Shown here: positions 14,231 to 14,352 of the stretch, one piece after another
Layout of the letters: every line of letters starts with the position of its first letter
Position numbering within the stretch: the first letter of the stretch is position 1
Origin: Halalkalibacterium halodurans
GTDB taxonomy: Bacteria > Bacillota > Bacilli > Bacillales > Bacillaceae_D
Assembly: GCF_004376175.1 (NCBI RefSeq)
Contig: NZ_SNUY01000057.1
Location: 15,101 to 29,452 of the forward strand
DNA: 14,352 bases
Direction of reading: 5' to 3'
The notes under the pieces: generated by a model
The model's input: only the letters and a program-made list of their open reading frames with translations
Told to the model about the DNA's origin: nothing
Database searches by the model: none
Program-made: the position numbers and the translations under genes

Positions 14231-14352
14231 CGAAAACCAAAGGCATTTCTCTTAATCACCTTCGTTTGATTATTCAGTCCTTCAATAAAACCATTGTTTA
14301 AGCCAAACGCGAAGCTATTCAAGATCTCGGTCTGCCAGTTCTTCAGCGTCTG
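14231..14352 (-). mobile_element. ISL3-family IS remnant: C-terminal part of the transposase gene, 3'-truncated (no natural stop, no terminal repeat); its 5' part runs off the right edge
   Basis: The minus strand from 14352 reads QTLKNWQTEILNSFAFGLNNGFIEGLNNQTKVIKRNAFGFR, the conserved NG-x-EG-x-NN-x-K-x-KR-x-A-x-G-x-R block near the ISL3 transposase C-terminus. Similarity stops at about 14231. The frame then runs 32 out-of-frame codons through SBP sequence to a stop at 14131. Confidence 0.75.

Noticed and set aside
1-14352. The possibility that the window is a circular molecule or a permuted single ISL3 copy, with the left-edge N-terminal part continuing into the right-edge C-terminal part.
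   Set aside because: The left fragment ends at about residue 267 (...HVFHKE) and the right fragment starts in the block just before NGFIEGLNN. Roughly 80-100 intervening residues of a normal ISL3 transposase are missing, so the two ends are not contiguous.
1-14352. CRISPR arrays, tRNA/rRNA genes, integrase/att sites, toxin-antitoxin pairs and defence-type gene clusters.
   Set aside because: I found no regularly spaced direct repeats, no cloverleaf-like or rRNA-like segments, and no unassigned multi-gene block. All long ORFs are accounted for by housekeeping, sporulation, Moco, stress or IS functions.

Overview
This is a Bacillaceae-type chromosomal window, almost entirely core or housekeeping genes, cut by three insertion-sequence events. 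From left to right: (1) The 5' two-thirds of an ISL3-family IS lies on the minus strand and runs off the left edge; its terminal repeat abuts the rpmA terminator. (2) The rplU-ysxB(prp)-rpmA ribosomal operon (minus) has a sigmaA promoter and a structured leader. (3) A complete 1634-bp ISLre2-family IS (2078-3711) has a perfect 9-bp target duplication and sits 16 bp upstream of the rplU -35 box. (4) ytxJ, an RNase E/G-family gene, and spoIVFB-spoIVFA follow, all on the minus strand. (5) A molybdenum-cofactor cluster comprises mobA (+), moaB-moeA-mobB-moaE-moaD (minus operon with ATGA-type overlaps) and divergent moaC (+). (6) A stand-alone CheY-like receiver protein has its own promoter and terminator. 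(7) A DJ-1/PfpI gene is preceded by a near-consensus sigmaB-type promoter. (8) The 3' ~277 codons of a family-5 ABC substrate-binding protein gene are fused at about 14228-14232 to a 3'-truncated ISL3 transposase fragment that runs off the right edge. I find no rRNA, tRNA or CRISPR array, and no multi-gene block of unknown function. Every ORF over 100 aa that is not an antisense shadow has a confident family assignment, so I cannot honestly claim a novel multi-gene system here. The most unusual items are the IS-driven remodelling (a promoter-proximal ISLre2 insertion, a chimeric ISL3/SBP junction, same-orientation ISL3 segments bracketing the block), the orphan receiver protein, an FNR/CRP-type palindrome cluster in the divergent Moco promoter region, a bipartite hairpin in the rng leader, and a ~190-bp unassigned stretch with a tandem 10-mer and two mutually antisense mini-ORFs. 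Several ORF-track starts are TTG/GTG artefacts lying inside Shine-Dalgarno sequences, and I have moved them to the better-supported ATG or GTG.
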